In this document: one piece after another, positions 1-12,327 of the stretch
How the letters are laid out: each line of letters starts with the position of its first letter
Position numbering within the stretch: the first letter of the stretch is position 1
Notes under the pieces: model-generated
Seen by the model: only the letters and a program-made list of their open reading frames with translations
Database searches by the model: none
What the model was told of the DNA's origin: nothing
Program-made: the position numbers and the translations under genes
Assembly: GCA_965649765.1 (NCBI GenBank)
Contig: OZ287758.1
Location: 53,630,001-53,694,000 of the forward strand
DNA: 64,000 nt
Source of the DNA: Bispira polyomma
Lineage: Eukaryota
Direction of reading: 5' to 3'

Positions 1-66
1 ACGTTTCCTAAATTTACACAACGTGACACAACGTAGCTCTAGAACGTGTAGGTGTGACCAGGACTT
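1..66. mobile_element. Right terminus of a MITE (same family as 18878-20015), truncated by the window edge
   Basis: acgtagctctagaacgtgtaggtgtgaccagg matches the TIR region at 19413-19448 and is the reverse complement of ggcctggtcacacctacacgtgct at 19453; it is followed by ttaa. Confidence 0.7.
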
Positions 67-3000
67 AAAGACACTCAATATTCTGAAAAAATATCTTGAC
101 ATAAGGCTACAAAATTTACTTAAAATTGTTTTTATCCCCAGAGCATCTTTACACACTGGCGCACACTAAACACATTGCAATAATTATATATGGTTGATTC
201 CAATACCAGAAATTAAATGTATTTCTTCCTATATTTCGTCATATATAGTGTATAAGTATATATAGACATAATTAACACTATTATTATTAGCCTATATACT
301 AGCTATATTGTATTTGTCTTTCACAATATCATGTTATATAGAATAGCAGTATATGTGTATAAGCATAACCAGAGTAAATTCAAACGTTGTTTTTTTTCGG
401 GGTTTTTTTTTTAAATTTTAGGTATTGGGTTAGTAGGTAATTATCTCATCAGTTTCTAAATTTGTTATAAAAAAATTATAGAAAATATGTTAAAATTACT
501 TGTTTGAACTGTTTATTTAGGAGGGATACATTTCTCAGGTGAAAGGTCTTTTATTTGTGACCTTGACCTCCACTGGCTATTTCCATTTGACCTCCATTAA
601 CTATTTCCATTCCTCCTAAACCGACATGTCTGAAAACTGTAGTTTGACTTCATTCATTTTCCTATCAAATACTTGGGCTAGGATTGGTTCCCTTGTGCTG
701 GTCAGTTTCCCTGTGGAAACCAGAGAAAGGCCTCCTGTCTGGAGCGCAGATACACAGGGTTGGTATTTAGTTTTTGTTCATTTAAGACAAGCGACTGCAC
801 ACCTGTTAGTTATTAACTAAAGGGGGATAGGGGCATTAGATGTTGGCTGGGAATGATACCTGGACAGTCACAGTGCTAGGGTAGTTCACGCTGGTGGTGG
901 GTACTCCTGAGTTAGGACAGTCTTGTAGATTTTGAACAGATGCATCTCGGTTTTGCCCATCATTCAGCTTCCTCTAATCTCATCACTGTTACCACTCAGA
1001 GTGAAATTGATTACCACTAGTACTCTTAGCGGTTATGGTGGGTTGGGGTATGGTAAAGGTAGGATTGCGAACCCATACGATATATTGTCAGAAATTAATT
1101 CACATATTGTAGATATGTATATTGTAAGATGTAATTCATGCACATATTTAAATGTTCAGTTCTGTTTAATGTTAGTTCATCCTGGTGTAAATGATTAGTT
1201 TAATCGCATTTGCATTTTAATTGATAAATACTCAATAGTAATTAAGCATTGGAAATTATTTGTTATGGAAATTTAAAGTATCATGTGTTATGGCCTTTAT
1301 ATGATTTTCTTTATTTAAATGATATTTATTAGGTATTGACATTTACAATTATTTGTTGCTGCCTTCATAAATTTATATAATTTTCCGTTGTACAATTCAT
1401 TACTTTATTCTGTTTGATTTATTTAATTAAATTCTGGCACTAAAACTGATTTCTATAGGTTAAATGTGGTTTTGGTAAATCTCCTGTTTTCCTAATAGAT
1501 TATATAATTTTCTTATAATTATTTATATATAAACTTCTTCTCCTGTTGTCAACGGATATATTATGATTTTACCTCTTTCACCAAGTAATAAATTAATGTA
1601 AATATCAAATTGTCTTATTTTCTCTTTAAAGTATATTGTTTTCTGCATACAACATTGTGTATAAACAATTTAATTCCTTTTTATTAATTTTGTTCTATGT
1701 TATGTTTTTGGCCAGTGTTTATTTGTATGTCGGTCAGGGCCACCAGTAGTCATTCAAATTAAACTTAAGATGTCATGATACCTCTTTTAGCAACTTATAT
1801 TTCACCCACACTTAATTGCCTGTACATTTTACACACATTATACAATTTTACACCCAATTGGGTATTTCTTTTTTAATAAAAAGTGAATTGTTATCATTAT
1901 TACCTGCTGTGTTTCATTAGACATGTGTTTTAGTATTATTCATTCGAAACAGTTATTTAGGGTGACCTTGATTGACCTTTACTTTAGTTTAAGTTTCACT
2001 TTAAGTTAAAATCCTTATTTGATAGCTGTCCTTTTGTGCTGCAACATACCTAAGATCTCAGTGCGAAGCTGCTGAAGTCTTATCTTGCACCAGTTTTCCT
2101 ACTCCACAGTTGATTTTGGCAAGTGTAAAGAACAGGGGATGTTCAGGTGTCACGCTACCACATTTACTTAAACATCCAAACTAGTATACTGATTTAGTAT
2201 AATATAGGCAGTGCCTACATTTGGGGAATCTTAGCTAGTATAACTAAGGATTGGACTTGGTTGATGGGATTCCCAGGTGTTTGGGTAGAGTTTGTTAGTC
2301 TGGAACCAAAGAGGGAATAGCCAACAAAAAAGTTGCAATAAGTTTGTCGAGTTCCCGGTGTTAAATAATACGTAAATCAGGTAATCAGATGATAATATGT
2401 TTCTAATGGTTGGTTAAGCCAAAATCTATACTTTATTGTTTGGCCTAAGTGAATAAGCAGTGACAAGAGCCTGGATCGTCAGGTTGTAGAGTACCAACCG
2501 ACACGTTTTCACAACATGGTCACAATTCTGTGGATACATAGGTGATGCAGGTTGGGGTAATCACCACAATACACATACACTGAACTGAAGGCTACTTGGT
2601 ATTAGAGAATCCTAAAAGACTGCCAATCTCTATAGATAGTTATCTTTAAAAAGACAGTAACTACCTGTAAATACCTTACATCACTTAGCGCACTATAGTC
2701 TAATAAAATATTGTCGGACAGTACAATGCTTTCCGGAAATCGATTTATATACATGCCTAGATAAAGGTTGCCAATATATGCCACAGTAAATGGACTTGTT
2801 ATGGTGAATATTTTGTGCTATTGTCTGAGTGAAAATGGTGTCGTTACACCGCATCTTGGTATTATGTATATTTTGTGTGTATTTATTGTAATAGTAGACA
2901 ATACATTGGCCAAAAATAAGTGATATACCGGTTACAAATGGCTCAAAACTTTGAGTGAAGCTGGCGTCATGACAGGAATGTGGGAAACCTTTTTACAGCT

Positions 3001-3899
3001 ATATTGTCCAATTTGAGGCTGGAATGGTCTCCCACATAATCAGTATTGACAAATATAAACCAAGTTTTAGGTGTATATATCAGGAAAGGTATCTTGCTTA
3101 AATTGGTATATACCATATAAGTGAAAAGAGTTACATGTTACTGGAGCTTGTTATTTGCAAGTGAATATGCAGGTGTTAAGATACTAGTTAAAATACCACA
3201 AATAGCTCTAATATTTGGTATTATTTCTTGCAGTATAGCTAAATCATTGTAACCAAAAGCTTCTGGGAGATATCTGGTTTATAAAAAACTGATATTGTAG
3301 TGATGTATATTGTATTCATTGTGCTATTGTAATGATGCTCAATAAGCTATCTTGGTAATTTATATACTATTACTGCCAAAACATTGTAACTGTATGCTTT
3401 AGACTGATATCTACCTTTTCTATAAGTTGGTGTTATTGCTATGGTACATACAGTGAAACCTTTTGCAGCTAGGATTGTCCAATCTGCGGCTGGGAAATTC
3501 CCGACATAATTAGTAGTGAATGTATGTTAACATGCTGTGGTAACGTGATGGTTAAAAGTAAAAAGCATTATTTTAGTAGTAAAGTGGGATTTTACTAGAA
3601 TTGCCCTTTAAATTGTACTATGTAGGTTAACAAATATGTTTGAACATGCTGGTAAAAATTGGTTTAAAGCTTAGAATGATACACATATACTATATAATAT
3701 AATATGCAGATGTTAACATATAAATTGAAGAGTAAACCTGAAAAACAAAGTCTTGTCGGGAAATATTTGAAATTGATATAATGTAAATTTTAAGTATATA
3801 ATTTCAAGCATATATTTTCAATATATTATTGTTTCATATTATGCCGTAAAAATGTGAACAAAATTACGTCAAATGTTCTGTCTTTTCTTATTCACAAAA

Positions 3900-5452
3900 A
3901 CTTTTTACCTCAATAACTATCTTTGGTTGTTTGTGAGGATCTTCTGTTCTAAAGTGTAATATTATACTATGGTTGACTTGATGTATTAAACTATATGGAA
4001 AATTTAAATCCACACAGATTATGATTATTCACTATGACAACTGTGCCCGTTGTACTGGTTGTTGAAAGTCAAAGGTAGTTTCCTAGTACTTTGTTAAAGA
4101 AATATATAGTTAATAACAGCTATGATATGATATCACTATAAAAACCGAACATATTCCAGGCAAGAAAATATTAGAGCTGATGCACTTTCCAGAATTTACT
4201 GTGAAACACCACTTAACAGGGATTTATTACATCAAGTATACAATAATTATGACAGGAATATAGTTCCTATACAACATTTTGACCTCAACTTATCAATATA
4301 AGTTCAGGTTCTACCAACATCATGCAGTATGCAGTCAGATGCATTAGGATTAATAAAGCTTTGATACCAAACACTACTGCTACTTACAAAAATCAGTTCA
4401 AAACTTTTCTTGCTTTCTATCAATTTGTAGGAATTTCAACCATTTCAGTACATTCTGTGCTGGCTTTCATGGAATATTTGATTCAGAAGAAGACTTCCCC
4501 TGCTGTGGTGGCAAATTACATTTATTCTCTGAAATTTATGCAAATAACCTGAATTAGGACTTAGCTCTATTCAACCTTAATTTTGTTGCAATTTTCATCA
4601 GAAGTATTACAATAAACTCAAAATTTCGCCGAAAACCTAAAGGATTATTCAAAATTTCACAGTTAACTTAAATTTCAATAGCATGTGATATCTTACATCA
4701 CCTCATACTATACAGATCTTTAATTCTATTTGCCTACTTTGCTTTCCTCAGGCTGTCCAAAATTGCTCCACATTCAAGGGCTTCTTTTGACAGCACTAGG
4801 CATTTACTTGGACAAGACTTAGTTTTTGGACACCCTTGGGCATATATTATTATAAAGTGGGCTATATATATAATATAACCTATAAAACATGACGGATACT
4901 CACATAATACCCATAGCTTCAAAATGAAGTTATTTGCCCTGTTCTGACACTAGAAAGATTGTCAGTTTATAGACACCGACCTCCTACTTCACCACTTCTT
5001 GTTGCAATTGCTGGTACCCCACATCACACGGTAGTATAAACATGTCAGAATTGTATTAAAGAAAGTTCTAACTCACATTGGTATCCAATATTCATCCCAT
5101 TGTTTCCATACCTTCAGAAGATCTGGAGCCACATTTGCATTCAACCATAATGTTTCTTTTCAGAACATAATGGCCCACGGCCAATGGAGATTATCTTTAG
5201 TTTGGGCCTATTTACAAAAAATATCTCAGACTGCATCAGTGATGCCTAATGCGTTTGCCTCAGCCATTCCCTCATCTTTCAAGTAGAACTTGGAGCTAAA
5301 AATTGACTTAATAAAAATTTAACCATTATTTTACAAATTGTTCATTTGTACATAATACTAACATGTATAAACTAAAAGCTCAAACTGAATCTTTTTAATG
5401 ACTTTTATAAATATCTCTTGGACTGACCTTTAAACCGTACATCTTAAGTGGA
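3900..5452 (+). mobile_element. Degraded Ngaro-lineage YR retroelement (element 0): RNase H C-terminus, YR pseudogene and 3' region
   Basis: RNase H remnants (IIH.DN.AVV near 4025; HIPGK..ADALSR at 4150-4193; ...DLNLSI* ending 4301). YR remnants: FAFLRLSKI (4738-4764) and HTFRRSGATFAF...HGQW (5107-5187). Many stops and frameshifts. The left boundary is approximate. Confidence 0.85.
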
Positions 5453-6739
5453 CTGTGCACAGCAGGCCCCTTTAGAAGACTGCAAGTTCAGTCTACACAT
5501 AACCCCTTTTAATATATTTCACAACCTTAAATTTATTTATCCTACAGCTACATGTACCTAAAAATTGTGTATCAACCTACCTTCCAATCACAGCCCACAC
5601 ACCTGTTGTTTAGGCTTCCCTTTTTCAAACTCTGTATTAAATTTTCATTCAAGCTATAGTTTTCAAAGAGCAAACAAGTGGAACAATATTTACAAGCCAC
5701 CACCTTCCCTTAACGACAGCCATATTGCTAGACTTGTATTCAGCAATTTGAGCTTTAAGGTTACATGTAAGATATATTTTACTTATAATATTGATTAAAC
5801 TGTAGTAGAAGCGATAATGCTCAACAGCTCTAATGAATTATATGTCTATTTGTTTCCAAAGGAAGCTCGGTGACAAAGCAGACGGCGGATTCGAACCTAG
5901 GGCCATGTAGAGGTGCAATCCTGTCACTAATGCCACCCCTGGATTATACAATGCATCTCCAGGGTGGAGGTATGACCGACAGGATCGCACCTCTGCTAAG
6001 TGGCTGGTGCCACAGACCACAGGGTTCCTAATTTTAGCCCGACACTCATGCATAGAATGGTGTCATACAAAGTTAAGATGTAGTCACTTAAAGAGAACTG
6101 TCTTAAGTTACTAAATTTTAAAAAAAAATGAACTCATCCAGATGGGTGAAGTAATAATGTTCGAAATGCTGACACATATTCAGGAAACTATTTACAGATG
6201 TTAATAGAAAATGTACTGGAAAAAGTGGATATTGTGCTTCAATAATGCAAGCGTAGAAAAGAAAAAACAGCATCTATGGGTGGTTTATGGTCAGATTATA
6301 TGTACTTTGTGTGGAAACTATGAATCATTTATGATGGGATTTATACAACCTAAGTATTTTACATGTTACCTCTAGTTCTTGTATAGCTTATAAAGCTCAC
6401 TTAGTATGGCTTAAAGATGAATAAGGGTAAAACGTACCATTGTATTTGCCAGAAAGAAACTAGTACTTGTTAGTTATTGTTGTATGGTAATTTATTTGGG
6501 TAGTCCTTACATTGTGTTATAAATACTATTATATGATCATGGCTAGTCCTATGGTCTCGTTGGTCATTTAGTTCCCTTGGGGGGCTTAAAATTTACTCAA
6601 TAAAATTGTAACCATTATTTTACATTGTTCATCTGAACATGATTTTAATATGTAAAAAATAAAAGCTCAAACTGATTTTTTTTATTGACTTTTATAAATA
6701 TATCTTGGACTGATCTTTAAACCTTACATCTTAAGTGGA
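5289..6739 (+). repeat. Diverged ~165 bp direct repeat (5289-5452 and 6576-6739) of the element-0 3' region
   Basis: Both copies read cttgg..gct(t)aaaa...aaaagctcaaactga...gacttttataaata..tcttggactga..tttaaacc.tacatcttaagtgga. Confidence 0.85.
5865..6030 (-). other. tRNA-like/SINE-like Pol III cassette interrupted by a ~90 bp hairpin
   Basis: On the - strand: A-box-like TGGTCTGTGG and B-box GGTTCGAATCC (5887-5897), with an inverted repeat agaggtgc.atcctgtc...gacaggatcgcacctct (5907-5996) between them. T and acceptor stems do not pair, so this is not a functional tRNA. Confidence 0.5.
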
Positions 6740-6914
6740 TTCTAGATTAAATAATTATATATTATCACAAACTATTGAAGTATCATACAATCAACAAAGA
6801 TCATGTAAACATACTAACATGCTTATTTTAGAAAAGTAGTGACGTCAGTAGTGACTTTCATGTTTAGCCTATTTTAATTTGTACCTGTCTCTCTTGTAAA
6901 TATCTATAATTAAT

Positions 6915-7490
6915 TTAAGGTTGTTCGCTACCATTTTTTTTTATCCTACAGATTTTCAAAAAAAAAAATTTTATGAAAAGCTTTATTAATATATTGAACA
7001 AAAATATCAAAAAAACTATGTCACACCAGGCTCTTTCAAAACCTACAGAGCTTTGAATATGGTATGTATTTTCATTTATTTGCCTATTGTTCTCAATGGA
7101 AAAGCCTGTTTTAGGAAGAAAAAATTCCATAAAAAGGTACTATAAACATTTCACCCCACAGAATTTTATTTTTTTCTCCCCAGTTGTGGTAAATTATGAA
7201 CTCTAACTAAATATGAGAAAAAAACAGGGGGTCACCGCGCTAAATTTTTTAAAATCTCAGTTTGTTTGGAATTTTTAGGGCCCAAAACCTTATGTTTCTA
7301 TTGTAATAATAGGAAACATCTCAATTATTTCTGGAGATAAACATTATATTTATAGCACAGTGGCTCATAAAAAGGCAAAATGACACATCATTCCCAATAG
7401 ACAATTTAACAAAGCACATTTTCTGCAATTTTCATGAAAAAATATTAAAATATATTTTTTTGGGAAAAAAATGGTAGCGAACAACCTTAA
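6915..7490. mobile_element. Non-autonomous Kolobok-type DNA transposon (MITE)
   Basis: TIR ggttgttcgctaccattttttt / aaaaaaatggtagcgaacaacc flanked by TTAA on both sides. GG...CC ends with a TTAA TSD are the Kolobok signature (piggyBac would be CC...GG). Confidence 0.85.
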
Positions 7491-8431
7491 TTCGTTTTGT
7501 ATTTATCTGTTATTAATTTAATTATTTAATTTGTTTGTCAATAGTGGTTTTTAAAACCTTGTAAAAGCTATAGCTACTGTTTATAACCTTTCATTGCAAT
7601 ACAACCCTATTTTTATGTTTATATGAGTTTTGGTACTAAATGTATGTTATGGCACTCAATGAATGATTATTTTTATTTAAACATTGAATTAGTATGTACG
7701 CATATGTGGCAATGTTTTATAGCTAATATATGGATTTCCCAAAGTAAATTGCTTTGGTTAAAATAGTCAATGCTTGACTTTTTCTAGTAATAAAATATAA
7801 TAAATATATGATTTGCAATTTCTAAATGTGTATTTATTGATGTTGCATATAACAATACTAGATTTGGCTAAATAAGTGAATTGTGGTAGTTTGTATGGTG
7901 AGGCCGGGGACTCAGCAGGGTCAGTGCTGCCAAAATATTGCTAAAACTATTCTTGTTCAGTCTCTAATTGGCTACACTGGGGTCATGACCCCAGCTATGG
8001 GGTCATAACCCCAGCTATTCCCGCTCTTTTCACATAATCCTCATTAAGACGCCATTTTTAAATATAAAAGTTATGCATTAGGAATTTACAGTCAGTTACA
8101 TTTACTGGATATTTTAGTGTAAACGTGGATCATCTTGAGGTGACTGGTGTGCTGGTTCCTGTACTTAAGGAGACTTAAAAAATACTCAATGTTTTGAGTC
8201 ATGCTCGTACTGCTCATAGAGCTTTGTTAGAGGAAAGTGCTTTTATCTTCTTATTTTTGGGTTTTATGATTTTACATATATCTAATTTATACACCTATAC
8301 CTTTATACATCAAATTTTACAACCAGTCAAAATAATATATAGAAAACCTCTAGCGTGCGTGCATGTATCAAGACCGGGTTATTCTATTTTCAGTATAAAC
8401 TATATAAACAATACAGAAGTAATAAATCACT

Positions 8432-9428
8432 ATGCCTAAAACATATAAATGTTCTAAGTGTGCTGGAAACCACAAGAGACCAGTGGGGAAAAAACTGTCA
8501 ATTTGTAGACAATGTTTTAGACAATTCCGGGGATGAAATGAATAATTCTTATAGTGAAAGTGAACACTCGTCAGTGAAATCAGTGAATATGAAAATCTTA
8601 GAAGAATTGAAGGAATTGGGAGGACGTATGTCAAAAATAGAGCAAAAAGTGAACTATGGTGACACATTAGGGGCTTCGGCCTCTCAGTATGATACTACTA
8701 AACCCGCTTCCACATCAAAGTCGACTGCGGAGGACGACCTGGTGAACCCTTCCCTGACAGTATTGAGACGCTCACAAACAGTCCAGTACCAGGTAGATGA
8801 CAGACTAAAGGAGCTGGCCCTGCTAAATAAGTCGGCTAGGTTCAAATCCCAAAGAGGGGGGTCAGAAACTGTTTATGTTAAGAGGCAGGTTCCATGGCCT
8901 CAAAGTTATGTGTTAGGGGGAAGCAACAAAGGTAGGGTCAGTTATGATCAGCTTTCAATGGTACAGTGGATAGCTGGATTTAGCGCTATAATACGCAAAG
9001 AATCTGATGTGGCTATCAAAAATCACATGTTAGATTACCTGAATGATATAATGGAGGACGTCCATGACTTCTCTTGGTCTGCCGCCAAGGGAGCTCATGC
9101 TGTCCTCTTGTGTAGAATGGAAGATGGCAAAGTAACATGGGGCGACACAAACCAAATTGAAAGAATAAGAAGGGCACATGCCCAAAAGGTATCTTATCAA
9201 AATGTGGGGGGTAGTTCAATTAAAAAAATTGGCAGAGACAAAACTACGGCAATCCTGTGTAGATTTTATCAAAAAGGTTCATGCTCTCACAAGTCAGACC
9301 ATGAATCAGGGGGTCAATTGTATTCTCATGTGTGTGTGACATGTGCTGGTTATGGCAAACAGCACACACATCCGGGAAAAGACTGTAAGAAAACTTCAAA
9401 CCAAAACTCAAACTCAAAAAACGATTAG
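8432..9428 (+). pseudogene. Gag-like ORF1 of element 1 (N-terminal CxxCxxxHxxPxGxxC finger, coiled coil, C-terminal Cys/His fingers); +1 frameshift in the A-run at 8489-8494
   Basis: ATG at 8432 gives MPKTYKCSKCAGNHKRPVGK. Removing one A joins it to the 8355-9428 frame (NCQ...), matching element-2 MPVYECSRCLTKHERPVGRNC. Shared motifs WPQ.YVL, DFSW..AK..HAV.L and CRFYQ.G.C...H...H.C..C...H....C. Confidence 0.88.
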
Positions 9429-9449
9429 GGCACTGCCAAGGGGCAGTGC
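9416..9449 (+). promoter_or_regulatory. -1 programmed ribosomal frameshift signal (gag to pol), element 1
   Basis: In-phase A_AAA_AAC (9416-9422), 7-nt spacer, then stem gcactgcc-aagg-ggcagtgc. The -1 frame reads into the 9446 ORF (KRLGHCQGAVHKR). Confidence 0.8.
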
Positions 9450-12314
9450 ACAAAAGATCAGAAAAAATCAAATATAATGAAGTGTTGGAGGTAAAGAAAT
9501 TTAATACTAGAATATGTGTAAATAGTGAAATGTGTGAAAGGGCGAGCATGAATTGGAGACACGACTGGAAGAAAGTAAATCAAATGTCTTATGCACAAGT
9601 GGTACAGGAAGGGAATAAAAAGGAAATCAGTAACAAAAACGAAAAAGTGGAAACAGTCCCCAAAATCAGCTCGTGCTTTCACAAAATGTCAAATAATGTT
9701 CATGTAAAAAGCAAATGGTCCGAAAACACTAACAAATGCATGTTTACAGGAAATGTAAAACAGAAATTGTATAAAAACACTAACCAATGTATGTTTACAG
9801 GGAATGTCAGGAAATGTCACCCACCAACAAGGGTGAATGCTGGCCCAATTGTTCCCAAATGGGTAAAAGGCAACAATAAGGTGGTTATTTCTCCCCCCCC
9901 CCCCCCGTCCCCAGGAAGGTGGTGTCAAAAAACACTCAGTGAACAAATTAATAATGACACTTTAAATGGCACACACAACAGGTTTTCCCCCCTAGAACAA
10001 TTTCAGTGTGAAGAAACCATAGTGATGGGTAACCAAGGGGAAATAGTAAATGATCCCACTGTGGAACCCCATAAAGGTCACAACATGACTAATCCAAAAC
10101 GAACAGATAACTCTAAGAACCAACATAACAGGTTTGTGCCCCAAGAACAATTTCAGTGTAAAGAAACCATAGTGACGGGTAACCAAGGGGAAACATTAGA
10201 TGATCCCACTGCGGAACCCCATAAGGGTCACAACATGACTAATACAAAACAAACGGGTAACTCAAAGAACCAACACAACAGGTTTCCCCCACTAGAACAA
10301 TTTCAATGTGAAGAAACCATAATGATAAGTAACCAAGGGGAAATAGTAAATGATCTCACTGCGGAACCCCATAGGGGTCATAACATGACTAATACAAAAC
10401 AAATGGGTGACTCAAAAAATCAGGTTATTTACACTGCTAAAACCAAAGCTAACCTCATGGGACGAGGTGAACTTAACTTAAAAGGGGATAGCAACAGTAA
10501 TATAAACACTGAGGATAAATATGAGTTTCAATTACAGGTGAAGCCAAAGCACAAGGATCTTATGCGTACAGCAGTAGATAATGCCACCTTCAGGGAATGG
10601 TATGACCAAAGCACTGACAAATTTGGGTTTGTTCCCCTAGGGGATTTAAAAATACCAACACGAGACAGGAAAAATAAAAGTAGTGCATCTATGTGCAAAC
10701 TACATGAGATCATAACAGGTGATAAACAGCATAACTTATTGTGGCTCTCAGATACAAATAGAATCTGAATTAAAACCAGACAAATGGGCAGAATTGCTAG
10801 GTGACTATTGGGATAAACAACTCTCCTTCCTAATACGCTATGGCTTTCCAGTTGACTTTGATAGATCAAATATGCTATCTCATAAAGATACAAATCACAA
10901 TTCTGCAAAATTTTACACTAAAGATGTTGAAGCATATTTAGAAGAAGAAAAGCAGTTCAAAGCTATACTAGGTCCGTTTAAGAAACCTCCAATAAAAAAC
11001 TTACATATATCACCCTTCATGACCAGGGAGAAGCCTGGGGGTGCACATAGAAGAGTCATAATTGATCTCAGCTTTCCTTTAGGTGAATCTGTCAATGCAG
11101 AGGTTCTAAGAAATAGCTACCTAGGCATGCATACCTTACCTACTATAGATGATGTCACAAATAAAGTTAGATGCTTAGGCAAAGGCTCCCTTTTGTACAA
11201 AACTTATGTCAGCCGGGTATTCCGGCACGTCAAAATGGACCCTAAAGACTATGACCTTTTAGCTTTAAAACTCGACGACTATTATGTGGACACGTGCCTG
11301 CCCTTTGGGTTCAGGCACGGAAGTGCAATATTCCAACACCTAAGTGACGCTATCCGCTTCATTATGTCTAAAAAGGGCTTTAAAGTCACAAATTACATTG
11401 ATGATGTCATAGGGTACGGTATGCCCAGTACGGCAGAAAAGTCTTTTAAAATGCTCCATAAACTTTTAGTAGATTTGGGTTTTGCAATTAGCCAGAAAAA
11501 ACTTATTAGCCCAGCTACTAGTGTTACATGTCTGGGTGTACTAATAAACACAGAAAATTTCACTGTCTCAATTCCACCGGAAAAACTCAATGATGTCAAG
11601 AATGTATGCCTAAAGTGGCATAAAAAAACACACTGTTCAAAACGAGATCTCCAATCATTACTAGGCAGCCTATTATATGTATCCAAGTGTGTTAAAGTTT
11701 CACGCTTTTTTCTAAACAGAATGCTTGATGTACTTCGCTCGGCACATGATGACAGGTCCATACAATTAACAACTGAATTCAAACAAGACCTTGCATGGTT
11801 CAGTAAATTCATTTCACAATTCAATGGTGTTGCTTTCTTCGACCATAGAATCCCCAAAATGGGTATAGAGCTAGATGCATGCTTGCAAGGTCTGGGTGGG
11901 CGATGGGGTAATCAGGTGTACACACTTCAACTTCCTCTACGCTTTCAAAATTACTCTATTGTTCACTTGGAGATGATCAATATTGTCGTGGCTATCCGGT
12001 TATGGGGTTGCCATTGGGCAGGAAATAAAATTGTGGTATTGTGCGACAATCAGGCGGTAGTCTCGGTACTTACCAATGGCAAAACTAGGGATCTTACTCT
12101 GGCAGCCATGGCTCGAAACATCCAGATGGAAGCTGCCAGGGCAGATATTGACCTACGAGTAGTACATGTCTTAGGTAAAAATAATGACGTAGCAGACTTG
12201 CTATCTAGATGGGCAATAACCAGCGAACCTTCAAACAGATTAAGGAAATTTATAGTAGAACCAATATGGTTACCTGTAGGGGTGGAAGCCACCCATCTTG
12301 ACTGGAATATTTGA
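9446..12314 (+). pseudogene. Pol of element 1: disordered N-terminus, reverse transcriptase and RNase H; frameshift near 10736 and motif-A Asp lost
   Basis: RVIIDLSFPLGESVN, LPFGFRHGS, YIDD, ELDACLQG, CDNQAVV, ADLLSR. ORFs 9446-10768 and 10719-12314 join at HN/YCGSQI. KTYVSRVFR replaces KVDISRAFR of element 2. Confidence 0.9.
9974..10423 (+). repeat. Three in-frame 150-bp (50 aa) tandem repeats in the pol N-terminal region
   Basis: HNRF.P.EQFQC.ETI...NQGE...D.T.EPH.GHNMTN units start at 9974, 10124 and 10274. Confidence 0.95.
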
Positions 12315-12327
12315 TTGTATTCTTTAG

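Noticed and set aside
2690-3780. Diverged short repeats (2983/3455; 2703/3748) as gag remnants of element 0
   Set aside because: The repeats are visible, but the translations are too degraded to assign.
5865-6030. Functional intron-containing tRNA-Leu(TAG)
   Set aside because: T-stem and acceptor stem do not pair.
8355-8431. ORF-track N-terminus of element-1 gag (MRACIK...)
   Set aside because: Non-ATG start upstream of a frameshift; homology places the real start at ATG 8432 in another frame.
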